NCBI RefSeq assembly: GCF_000008465.1
Contig: NC_006512.1
Location: 2,070,001-2,102,000, forward strand
Direction of reading: 5' to 3'
Length of the DNA stretch: 32,000 nt
Source: Idiomarina loihiensis L2TR
GTDB taxonomy: Bacteria > Pseudomonadota > Gammaproteobacteria > Enterobacterales > Alteromonadaceae
A program made the position numbers and the translations under genes. The notes beneath the pieces were generated by a model. It had not been told where the DNA came from. It searched no databases and was given only the letters and a program-made list of their open reading frames with translations. Shown in pieces: positions 13,359-21,616 of the stretch (its first letter is position 1; each line of letters starts with the position of its first letter).

Positions 13359-13820
13359 CTATTTGAAGTAGTAAGGCATAAATTTCTGAACGGCTTCACT
13401 GAGTTTTGGTTGAATATGCCCCTGCTTTCGACACAATGTTAACCAGTCAGCCAAAAACTGATTAACCTGATGCTTTTCATCTCGGTGCCGCATTTCGCGG
13501 TTAGGTTGTTGATAACGTGCCGCTAAACGGGTAACCCCCTGGCTGGCTATGATCTCAGCCATACGCACATCATGGTATAATCTTACCGTCATTTTCGCCT
13601 GCAAGTAATCCGCCCAGTTTGGCTTCAATTGTTCAATTTCTATATCTGAGGTGTAGCGCGATTCGCTAACGTTGCGTAAATTGAAAGCCAAGTTTTCGCC
13701 CGCGTAGAGCGTTACCTCAGCTTCAGATTCAAGCTGAGACAACAGCGGTAACAAGCCTGCATAATTTAGTTCAGTTAGCCGGTGCAGTTCCGCAACGTCG
13801 ACAACATAGCGCTGTTGCAT
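13359..13820 (-). CDS. yqiB: DUF1249 protein YqiB
   Basis: 153 aa. It shares MTVRLYHD and RDEKHQVNQFLADWL with E. coli YqiB. Its position between nudF and parE supports the call. Confidence 0.8.
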   Translation of the reverse strand: MQQRYVVDVAELHRLTELNYAGLLPLLSQLESEAEVTLYAGENLAFNLRNVSESRYTSDIEIEQLKPNWADYLQAKMTVRLYHDVRMAEIIASQGVTRLAARYQQPNREMRHRDEKHQVNQFLADWLTLCRKQGHIQPKLSEAVQKFMPYYFK

Positions 13821-13829
13821 AATAAAACC

Positions 13830-14447
13830 TCAGTTTTGCTCCTGGTCAGAGAACATCTTATCACGATGTAATAGCAACCATTGTAACCCAATAACACTAG
13901 CAGCGTTGTTGATTTCTTCACGTTCGAGCATGTTAATAACTTCTGTTCTGGGTAAAACATGAACCCGGATATCTTCGTCTTCTTCAGGTAATCCGCCAAA
14001 ACTAGCAGCCGATTGACTGTCGACTTCGGCAATATAAATAGTCAACTTTTCGTCGGTGCCACCCGGACTTGAATAATAGCTGGTCGCGTAGATTAAGCGC
14101 TTAGCTTTTAATCCTGCTTCTTCTTCTAATTCACGCGTAGCGACTTCCTCTGCACTCTCATCAGCGTCAAACATGCCCGCGACAAATTCAAACAACCAGG
14201 GGCCGTTTTTATCATCAAGCGCACCCACCCTGAACTGCTCCAGAACAACCAGCTGGTCGCGAATCGGGTCATAAGGAATAACCACAACAGCGTGCCCGCG
14301 TTCCATTAATTCCCTGTTTATCTCCGGACTCCAGTCACCAGAGAACAGCCGATGTTGTAAAGAATAGCGATAAACCGATAAAAAACCTTGATAAAGAGGT
14401 ACCTTTTCCTTTACTTTCACATCATCTCGGTGAAAACGAATCGTCAT
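13830..14447 (-). CDS. nudF: ADP-ribose pyrophosphatase (Nudix hydrolase NudF)
   Basis: Nudix box GMFDADESAEEVATRELEEEAG. The protein is collinear with E. coli NudF (LYQGF.., FERGHA, PGGT.E, EDEDIRVHV, IDNAASVIALQWL-like end). I prefer the ATG at 14447 (MTIRFHRDD) because an AAGGA SD lies about 9 nt upstream. The ORF-track start at 14546 adds 33 unconserved residues. Confidence 0.85.
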   Translation of the reverse strand: MTIRFHRDDVKVKEKVPLYQGFLSVYRYSLQHRLFSGDWSPEINRELMERGHAVVVIPYDPIRDQLVVLEQFRVGALDDKNGPWLFEFVAGMFDADESAEEVATRELEEEAGLKAKRLIYATSYYSSPGGTDEKLTIYIAEVDSQSAASFGGLPEEDEDIRVHVLPRTEVINMLEREEINNAASVIGLQWLLLHRDKMFSDQEQN

Positions 14448-14525
14448 ACTTACTGTCCTTTCTTGGGGGTAATTAAAGACAAACATTCTGTTACACTTGA
14501 GCGAATTCTGAAACCATGTTTTTCT

Positions 14526-14599
14526 TAAACTATCTGCGCAAATCATTTACACTGGTAATCATTCAACACTGTATGTAAACTATGCGCAATCATTGAACA
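14526..14599. promoter_or_regulatory. Repeated motifs in the nudF/tolC divergent control region
   Basis: TAAACTAT(CT)GCGCAA(A)TCATT at 14526-14547 recurs as TAAACTATGCGCAATCATT at 14576-14594, with starts 50 bp apart. AATCATT occurs three times (14541, 14557, 14588). AATCATT[C/G]AACA occurs at 14557 and 14588. Confidence 0.3.
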
Positions 14600-14631
14600 A
14601 TTGCATGTCAAGTAACAGGAATCTGACTACC

Positions 14632-16017
14632 ATGAAAAAGCATATTTTGTCGGCAGCTGCCGGTCTGGCATTGACCACAGCCTCTTTTACGTCAAATGCT
14701 GAAGATTTGGCTCAAATTTACCGTTTAGCCGTAGATAACGACCCGACCTTATTACGCGCTGCAGCAGAACGCAATGCCGCACAAAAAGGCATTGATATTG
14801 CCAAGTCAGGATTCCTGCCTCAGGTTTCGGGAGAAGCTGGTTACAGTGACTCAACAAGCGAATCCGCGCAAGTTTTTGAGTCAGGCATTCAAGTTTTCGA
14901 TAGCGACAGCAGTGGTTGGCAAGCCGGCATTACGCTGAACCAGAGTATTTTTGACTGGACTGTCTGGAGAAACGCCGACATTGCAGAGAAACAAGCTTAT
15001 CAGTCTGAAGTTGCCTACAGTAACGCTCAGCAAGACTTAATGCTTCGCGTTGTTAACGCTTATTTCCAGGCATTACAGGCTCGCGATGATTTATCCTTTG
15101 CTGAAGCTGAGAAAAAAGCGATTGAACGTCAGCTTGAACAAACCAAACAACGTTTTTCTGTTGGGTTAACTGCAATTACTGATGTACACGAAGCTCAGGC
15201 TCAGTACGACAGCGCAGTTGCTCGCGAAATTCAGGCGCGTAACGCGGTGGAAATTGCACTGGAAGATATCCGTGAAATTACCGGTCAATACCCACAAACT
15301 CTGGCCGCCCTGGATACCGACACCTTTTCTCCCAGTAGTCCAGCACCGGACGATGTTCGTCAGTGGGTAAAAAAAGCCGAAAGCGGTAACTTAAGCTTAT
15401 TAGAAAGCAAAGTTTTGGTAGATATTGCTGAGCAACAAATTCAATTGAATCAAGCTGGGCATTATCCAACCGTTTCTTTGCAGGCGAGTTACTCAACACA
15501 AGACAACGAACGCACAATAACGACTGACAACGGACAGCAACAAACGACAAACTTACCACGTCTGGACAGTCGCTCTATAGGTCTAAACGTCAGCGTACCC
15601 ATTTTCTCAGGGTTCCGTACCTCGTCTGAAGTTGCACAAGCGCGCGACAACTACGTTGCCAGCAGCCAGCAAATGGTACAGACTCGCCGCAATATTGAGC
15701 GCGAAGTGCGAAACGCCTACTACCAGGTAACCGCGTCTATTGCCAGCATCAATGCATTCCAGCAGTCTGTGGTATCTGCTGAGAGCGCATTAAAAGCTAC
15801 TGAAGCGGGTTTTGAAGTGGGTACACGTACTATTGTAGACGTACTCGACAGCACCCGTAACCTGTACAACGCAAAACGTAACTTGTCAGAAGCCCGCTAC
15901 GGCTATATTCGTCAAATTTTGACACTTGAACAAGCCGCTGGGCAGCTGCAGGAACAAGACCTGATGGCTATTAACAGCAGCCTTTCTGAGAACGTACAAG
16001 GCACTGCCGCAGACTAA
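14632..16017 (+). CDS. tolC: Outer membrane efflux/secretion channel TolC
   Basis: Collinear with E. coli TolC (QRF.VGL.AITDV, GTRTIVDVLD, LYNAK, NEQDL). Signal peptide MKKHILSAAAGLALTTASFTSNA|ED. I prefer the ATG at 14632 with an ACAGGA SD over the TTG at 14593. Confidence 0.9.
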   Translation: MKKHILSAAAGLALTTASFTSNAEDLAQIYRLAVDNDPTLLRAAAERNAAQKGIDIAKSGFLPQVSGEAGYSDSTSESAQVFESGIQVFDSDSSGWQAGITLNQSIFDWTVWRNADIAEKQAYQSEVAYSNAQQDLMLRVVNAYFQALQARDDLSFAEAEKKAIERQLEQTKQRFSVGLTAITDVHEAQAQYDSAVAREIQARNAVEIALEDIREITGQYPQTLAALDTDTFSPSSPAPDDVRQWVKKAESGNLSLLESKVLVDIAEQQIQLNQAGHYPTVSLQASYSTQDNERTITTDNGQQQTTNLPRLDSRSIGLNVSVPIFSGFRTSSEVAQARDNYVASSQQMVQTRRNIEREVRNAYYQVTASIASINAFQQSVVSAESALKATEAGFEVGTRTIVDVLDSTRNLYNAKRNLSEARYGYIRQILTLEQAAGQLQEQDLMAINSSLSENVQGTAAD

Positions 16018-16030
16018 CTGCGCAGACCAC

Positions 16031-16064
16031 GGCACCGCCTGACTATTGGCGGTGCCTCATTTTT
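16031..16064 (+). terminator. Rho-independent terminator of tolC
   Basis: GGCACCGCC-loop(8)-GGCGGTGCC, a perfect 9-bp GC-rich stem followed by TCATTTTT. Confidence 0.85.
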
Positions 16065-16117
16065 GAATTTTTATGTTACTATCCGCGGCAAATAGCGAAT
16101 AATAAGCGACATCAGCT

Positions 16118-17059
16118 GTGATCGAACCTCCCAAATTTAAATTCTACTTTTTACATCCTAAGTTTTGGCTTACCTGGCTCGGTGTTTTCATCCTGTATAG
16201 CGTGTCATGGTTACCTTATCGCCTACAGCTTGCCATGGGCCGCGGGTTGGGCTTACTGTTTAAAAAACTCATGCCGCGCCGGGTGAATATTGCCCGCACC
16301 AACTTAAAGCTGTGCTTCCCGGAATACAGCAATGAGAAAATCGAGACATTGCTAACCGAAAATATGAAAAATACAGGGATAGCATACTTTGAAGTTGGTA
16401 TGGCATGGTGGTGGCCGAGCTGGCGAATTAAACGTAAACTGCATGTTCATGGCGAAGAGCATTTGCGTCAGGCTCAGGAAGATGGCAGTGGTGTTCTGCT
16501 ACTGCTATTTCACTTCCTTAGCCTTGAAGTTCACGCCCGCTTACATGGCTTTGTCGAGCCAGCTGTTGGTCTTTATCGCCCACACAATAATGCGGTCATG
16601 GAGTTCTTACAAACCCGCGGCCGAGGGCGTTCAAACAAATATATGATCCAGCGTCGCGATGTCAAAGCCATGATGAGGTCGCTTACCGAAGGTGACATCG
16701 CCGGTTATCTTCCGGATCAGGATTATGGTCGTCGTCGCGTCGAGTTTGTTAAGTTCTTTGCAGTACCGGATGCTTCAACGACCTTGGGTACTATGCTTTT
16801 TGCCCGCAACCCTAACTGCAAAGTCATGGTAAGCCGCTGCGTCAGACGTGACGACGGAAGCGGTTACGATCTCTTTTACGAACCGCCGCTTGAAAATTTC
16901 CCCACGGGAGACAAAAAGGCAGATGCCGAACGCGTGAATGGTTTGGTGGAAGACGCCATTCTAAAAGCTCCGGCACAGTATCTCTGGGTTCACCGCAGGT
17001 TCAAGACCCGTCCTGACCCCGACATGCCAAGCTACTATCAGTCATCTTCCAGTAAGTGA
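16118..17059 (+). CDS. lpxL: Lipid A biosynthesis (Kdo)2-lipid IVA lauroyl/secondary acyltransferase
   Basis: 313 aa with a GTG start. Collinear with E. coli LpxL (PKF...LHP.FWLTWLG, NL.LCFPE, MAWWWP, HX4E active site HFLSLE, YRP.N, WVHRRFKTRP). I cannot separate LpxL from its LpxM/LpxP paralogues from sequence alone. Confidence 0.8.
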   Translation: MIEPPKFKFYFLHPKFWLTWLGVFILYSVSWLPYRLQLAMGRGLGLLFKKLMPRRVNIARTNLKLCFPEYSNEKIETLLTENMKNTGIAYFEVGMAWWWPSWRIKRKLHVHGEEHLRQAQEDGSGVLLLLFHFLSLEVHARLHGFVEPAVGLYRPHNNAVMEFLQTRGRGRSNKYMIQRRDVKAMMRSLTEGDIAGYLPDQDYGRRRVEFVKFFAVPDASTTLGTMLFARNPNCKVMVSRCVRRDDGSGYDLFYEPPLENFPTGDKKADAERVNGLVEDAILKAPAQYLWVHRRFKTRPDPDMPSYYQSSSSK

Positions 17060-19890
17060 TTCCAGCAATTGAGCACAGCCTGACGTTCATTGTCCAGGTT
17101 GTGTTCCTCCAATAACTGCTCCCCCTGTAACGCCAGCGAATGACTCTCACAGCGAAAAATTTGAAAGGCGTTAATTAAGTTCTGAGCATCCACTTCTGTT
17201 AGTAAATGTAACTGTTGCGCTTCAGTCAGAAGCCTGACGTTATCACTGTACTTGCATAGCTCCGGATATTTATGCGCATAACGCAAAACCAGGTACTGAG
17301 TGATAAACTCAATATCTGCAATACCGCCCGGGTCTTGTTTTAAATCGAACTTCCGGCTGTTTCTTTGCGTCAAATGCTCACGCATTTTTTCACGCATTTT
17401 AACAATACTCTGACGCAGCTCTTGTTCATCTCGTTTTTGAGACAAAACACTTCGCCGTATATCCATAACCGTATCTCTTAATGCAGGAACACCGTATACA
17501 GGTCGCGCACGCACCAGTGCCTGCAACTCCCAGGTCCAGGCGTCATCGCGCAAATAACGGGCAAAAGAATTCACCTGTGTCACCAATAAACCGGCCTGTC
17601 CTGACGGCCGCAAGCGTAAATCCACGTCATATAAAATGCCCGCAACAGTGCGGGTCGTGAATAAATGCAGAATCCGTTGCGCCAGGCGTAAGTAAAACTG
17701 CTGAACTTCAATCGGTCGTTGACCGTCTGTTTGCCCCTGATAGTTGGCATCCGTTACAAAAACTAAATCAAGGTCGGAACCATAACCCAGTTCCTGCCCG
17801 CCTAGCTTGCCATAGCCCAGCACCGCAAAGCCTGTATTGTCGAGACAAGTTCCAGCAGGTTTACCGTGCTTTTGAGTCAGATGTTGCCAGGCTAGGCCGA
17901 CCACTTCAGAAATAATGGCTTCTGCAAGCGCACTTAAATGATCACTAACGTTCATGAGTTCTAAAACGCCACTGATATCCGCTGCGGCAATTTTTAGTTG
18001 CAGCGCCTGCTTAGCCTGACGCAACGCATCCATCTGCGTTTCCAGATCTTGTTCAGGAATACGCATCAGATATTCGCGTAGTACTGCGGCATAGTCCTTT
18101 GACTCAGGCAGGCTGTAAAGCTGCTGCGGGTCAATTAGTTCATCCAGAAGTATGGGATGCAAAGCCAGCTGTTCAGAGATCCACGGGCTCGCCATACATA
18201 ATTTACAAAGCTGCTCGCGGGCGCCGGGGTTTTCAGCCAGCAATTCAATATACGCCGTTCGGCTCATAACCGCTTTAATAATAGAAAGCAGTCTTTCCAG
18301 CAAGCGTTCAGGGTGCTGATGCTGAATAGCATGTCGGAGCATTATCGGCATTAACCTTGCTAATGCTGAACGCCCTCTAGGGCCCGAACTGCGACGGCGG
18401 CTCTCCTGACGAAAATTTTTAATCAGAGTCCATAATGCCTGAGGTTCATCAACTCCTTCACTTTCTATGATTTCTAGCGCTGCATCATCATCCAGCATGT
18501 CCTGCCACAAAACCTGCAAGCCTTGCTCATCCTCGTCATCTTCAGACTCCGCGCCAACCACTTGCTGGAACTCTGCATGAATGCGCTCCATGCACTCGTC
18601 AATTTTTCTTTGCAAGGTTTCCCACTCAGGTTCATTCAGCATTGCGCATAATCGCATGCGACCAGTTTCATCTGTGGGTAATTGCTGAGTTTGCTGATCA
18701 TCAATTTGTTGCAGCCGGTGCTCAATAACCCGCAAATATTCGTAATCTTTTAGCAGCTGCCTGGCATGCTCCGGATCTATCAAATCCAGTTCCACCAGAC
18801 CATTCATAGCGATATAAACTGAACGTGTCTGCAGTGATTTTTCCTGCCCCCCGCGGATAAGCTGATGCGCCTGAACAATAAACTCAACTTCGCGAATCCC
18901 GCCGGCACCCAGCTTGATGTTATTTTTAACTCCCTGCCGGCGGGTTTCCTGAGTAATTAAAAGCTTCATTTTACGCAGCGCTTCAATGGCACCAAAATCA
19001 ATATAGCGGCGGTAAACGAAAGGTCGTATCAACTGCTGAAATGCTTGCTCATATTGTTCATCAGCCCCTATCATGCGGGCTTTAACCATGGCGTAACGTT
19101 CCCAGTCACGCCCCTGCTCCTGGTAGTAATGTTCCAGAGCATTCAAACTGGTTACCAACGGGCCCGACTGACCAAAAGGTCTTAACCGCATATCGACCCG
19201 GAACACTTGCCCGTCCGCAGTCGTCTCGTCAAGTAACCCAATAAGTGACTGCGCCAGCCGCTTGTAAAAAACCCCGTGCTCCAGATTACGTCCCGGCCCC
19301 TGTGTTTCCCCTTGTTCAGGAAAAGCAAAAATAAGGTCAATGTCGGACGAGAAATTCAGCTCTTTTCCACCCAGCTTCCCCATGCCAATGACCAACATCG
19401 GCATTAGCTGATCATTAGCATCAAGCGGTTTACCGTGACGTTGAACAAAGCGTTCAAACAACCACTCAAGACTTTTATTGATTGCTGCATCAGCAAAGGT
19501 ACTGTAATGGTGCAAAGACTCCTTTAACGACACTTGCTGCAGAATATCGGCTGCGGCAAGCTTCGCCATCCAGCAGTGTCGTAGTCTCCGTAGGCATTTT
19601 TTTGCCTCATCTTCGTTCGTTACTTGACTTAACGACTCAGCTATACGGTCACCGTAACTGTCAGCATCAATCAAACGAACGGAGCTTCCACTGCCGTCAA
19701 AAAAATCGGTTACAAGATGCTCAGGGTAACTTTCCGCAACCCTGCCAATGAACGGGCTGACAGCAAATAACGCCCGTAATATTTGCTCCTGTTCAGCTGT
19801 GAGCGTAATGCTCTCTACAACCTCTTTATAACGCTCCCAGGCTGTTTCAGTTTCGCTCATCAATTTATTATCGGGAGTCAGCATAACCAC
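17038..19890 (-). CDS. glnE: Bifunctional glutamine synthetase adenylyltransferase/adenylyl-removing enzyme
   Basis: About 950 aa with two nucleotidyltransferase modules (GKLGGKELNFSSDIDLIF and GKLGGQELGYGSDLDLVF). Located downstream of ygiF as in E. coli. The start is either GTG 19890 or, perhaps better, ATG 19884, which is preceded by a TAAGGTGG SD. Confidence 0.95.
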   Translation of the reverse strand: MVMLTPDNKLMSETETAWERYKEVVESITLTAEQEQILRALFAVSPFIGRVAESYPEHLVTDFFDGSGSSVRLIDADSYGDRIAESLSQVTNEDEAKKCLRRLRHCWMAKLAAADILQQVSLKESLHHYSTFADAAINKSLEWLFERFVQRHGKPLDANDQLMPMLVIGMGKLGGKELNFSSDIDLIFAFPEQGETQGPGRNLEHGVFYKRLAQSLIGLLDETTADGQVFRVDMRLRPFGQSGPLVTSLNALEHYYQEQGRDWERYAMVKARMIGADEQYEQAFQQLIRPFVYRRYIDFGAIEALRKMKLLITQETRRQGVKNNIKLGAGGIREVEFIVQAHQLIRGGQEKSLQTRSVYIAMNGLVELDLIDPEHARQLLKDYEYLRVIEHRLQQIDDQQTQQLPTDETGRMRLCAMLNEPEWETLQRKIDECMERIHAEFQQVVGAESEDDEDEQGLQVLWQDMLDDDAALEIIESEGVDEPQALWTLIKNFRQESRRRSSGPRGRSALARLMPIMLRHAIQHQHPERLLERLLSIIKAVMSRTAYIELLAENPGAREQLCKLCMASPWISEQLALHPILLDELIDPQQLYSLPESKDYAAVLREYLMRIPEQDLETQMDALRQAKQALQLKIAAADISGVLELMNVSDHLSALAEAIISEVVGLAWQHLTQKHGKPAGTCLDNTGFAVLGYGKLGGQELGYGSDLDLVFVTDANYQGQTDGQRPIEVQQFYLRLAQRILHLFTTRTVAGILYDVDLRLRPSGQAGLLVTQVNSFARYLRDDAWTWELQALVRARPVYGVPALRDTVMDIRRSVLSQKRDEQELRQSIVKMREKMREHLTQRNSRKFDLKQDPGGIADIEFITQYLVLRYAHKYPELCKYSDNVRLLTEAQQLHLLTEVDAQNLINAFQIFRCESHSLALQGEQLLEEHNLDNERQAVLNCWNHLLEDD

Positions 19891-19891
19891 C

Positions 19892-21391
19892 TTAATTTAA
19901 CCAGTATGGTTCACGTTTCAACGCAGCTTTACGAGAATATTCAAGAGCTTTTAACAGGGACTCTCGCTGTACTTTTTGCCAGTCCATCAGTTTTTCATCC
20001 ACTTCGTCGTCGCGATCCCGAATACGCTCATGCAAAATATGCAATGCGGTAATTTCACGAATACCCCGGGCTAAATCCTGCCACGGCAAGCGGAAACTTT
20101 CTCTCAAATCCGCATCAAATAAATGCCCGAAACAAGTCCCCATCAAAAGGCTATTTTGCAAGGGTGTAAGCAACTTAAGATACCCTTCTTCACTGAGCTT
20201 TTCATGCTCAGAAAATGCCGTTTGTACCAGCTGCCAGTCGCTTTTCAAAAGTTGACTGCTCCAGGGCAAAACCGGCTGCTCCAACTCCTCTGTCATTTCT
20301 TCTTTCAACAGAAACTCTGACAACCCCAGTACGGTTTTCTGGTATGCGGCAGAATGTACTAATTCAGCGACTTCATTCAGGCGAATAACATCCTCCTGAC
20401 TGTTGACTAACGATTCATACAGTTTGTTGTAGCGCTTAAGCGCGCGATGATAAGCACCATCTTCTGCGGTTAGCTCATCCAGTCCTTCAAAGCGCTTGAG
20501 CCACTGCAGCTTCGCAGTTATTTGCGAGATGCCGGTCAGCAACCGCCGCTCTCCAACACCGTTCTCAATGAGCTGCTCCAACACAACCCGCACCATTTGC
20601 ATGCCGTCCGCCATTCCCTGTACCGCCCGGACACTGGGCTGGAAGTCCAGACAAGCTTCATTATGCTGCCAGTGACGTAAGCCTGACTCCAACGATCGAT
20701 AAAGCGCCTGACCAACATTTTGCTCGGAGTGGATTGGTACGTAGTGCATTTGTGTAAAAGGCTCCAGCAAGCTTTTTCCGGCCAGCAGATAACCTCTTGC
20801 CGCTTTACTTAACGAGCCAACTCGCGCACCGGCTTTTTTTACTAACTCCTGCGCCAGTCGATAGGCCTCGGCCAAAGAACCGCCCTGTAACTCCAGTTCA
20901 ATCTCCGCTATTGGCTCTCGCTGCTCGCCCGACTCTATATATCCCTCATCAAGAACCATTTCGATAACACCTTCGCCACTGGGAAGCCGCCAACGGGTCC
21001 GGGTAAAATCGGTCACAAACAAGGTGTCCAAATCGCGCTGAATATCGTAAACCGGGAAGTCATCCGGCCATATTTCGTTATCAAACAGGGTTAAATCCGG
21101 TTTGTCGCTATCAATGTCAATATTGTACTCAGGCCTTTGATGCATACCGCCCATAACCCGACCAGCCAATTTCACCGTCTGCTCTTTATGATCTTTATCG
21201 CTGCGTATCCGTAATCCAATATCGAACTGACGTAAACGTAAATCGGACGTGTCAAAGTAGGCATTTTTGAGTTCAAACTGCTCTTTGCGGGGTTTTGCCT
21301 GATGAGAATCCGCCAACGACTGGCAGACTTCGAGCGCTTTTTCTCGCTGTTCTGGAGCAATTAATAGTTTGAGCTCAACTTCTTGTGACAT
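19892..21391 (-). CDS. ygiF: CYTH + CHAD domain inorganic triphosphatase YgiF
   Basis: 499 aa with the N-terminal CYTH signature EVELKL (ExExK). GLRIR, GGMHQRPEYN and GSLSKAARGY match E. coli YgiF. The C-terminal helical CHAD region ends EPYWLN (E. coli EPFWLH). Confidence 0.85.
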   Translation of the reverse strand: MSQEVELKLLIAPEQREKALEVCQSLADSHQAKPRKEQFELKNAYFDTSDLRLRQFDIGLRIRSDKDHKEQTVKLAGRVMGGMHQRPEYNIDIDSDKPDLTLFDNEIWPDDFPVYDIQRDLDTLFVTDFTRTRWRLPSGEGVIEMVLDEGYIESGEQREPIAEIELELQGGSLAEAYRLAQELVKKAGARVGSLSKAARGYLLAGKSLLEPFTQMHYVPIHSEQNVGQALYRSLESGLRHWQHNEACLDFQPSVRAVQGMADGMQMVRVVLEQLIENGVGERRLLTGISQITAKLQWLKRFEGLDELTAEDGAYHRALKRYNKLYESLVNSQEDVIRLNEVAELVHSAAYQKTVLGLSEFLLKEEMTEELEQPVLPWSSQLLKSDWQLVQTAFSEHEKLSEEGYLKLLTPLQNSLLMGTCFGHLFDADLRESFRLPWQDLARGIREITALHILHERIRDRDDEVDEKLMDWQKVQRESLLKALEYSRKAALKREPYWLN

Positions 21392-21533
21392 AAATCGATT
21401 CCGATGCGTTTAATAAGTTAGATTAAAGGTACTGGCTTGGCGGCTAACGGTCAACAAACACGGGCATTTAGTTCACTTGACACCAAGGGTGAAAAGTTGC
21501 AACGTGAGATCCGACCATGAAGGGTCTTTACCC

Positions 21534-21559
21534 GCGCAAAAATAAGCTTATACTTGCGC
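21534..21559. promoter_or_regulatory. 26-bp near-perfect dyad upstream of putA (candidate operator or 5' leader hairpin)
   Basis: GCGCAAAAATAAGCTTATACTTGCGC, with 11 of 13 symmetric pairs. It lies 58 nt upstream of the putA ATG. Confidence 0.3.
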
Positions 21560-21616
21560 CGATTCCCAACTTTGGGGAAGCACGCCGAGCTTCGGCCTGG
21601 CTACACAGGAGATGCT

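Noticed and set aside
14448-14546. N-terminal extensions in the ORF track (nudF to 14546, tolC from TTG 14593, putA from TTG 21554, folB from TTG 31469, small membrane protein from 25315)
   Set aside because: The extensions add unconserved residues ahead of positions where orthologues begin. The internal ATGs have better SD sequences: AAGGA for nudF, ACAGGA for tolC and AGGAGA for putA.
14531-14550. Possible marbox (MarA/SoxS/Rob site) in the tolC promoter, around GCGCAAATCATTTACA
   Set aside because: Alignment to AYnGCACnnWnnRYYAAAYn fails at the 5' A/Y and at several of the 3' AAAY positions. This is not convincing.
21496-21503. GTTGCAAC palindrome upstream of putA, containing the GTTGCA motif bound by E. 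coli PutA
   Set aside because: This PutA lacks the ribbon-helix-helix DNA-binding domain, so PutA autoregulation via GTTGCA is not possible. A single 8-mer is easily a chance occurrence.
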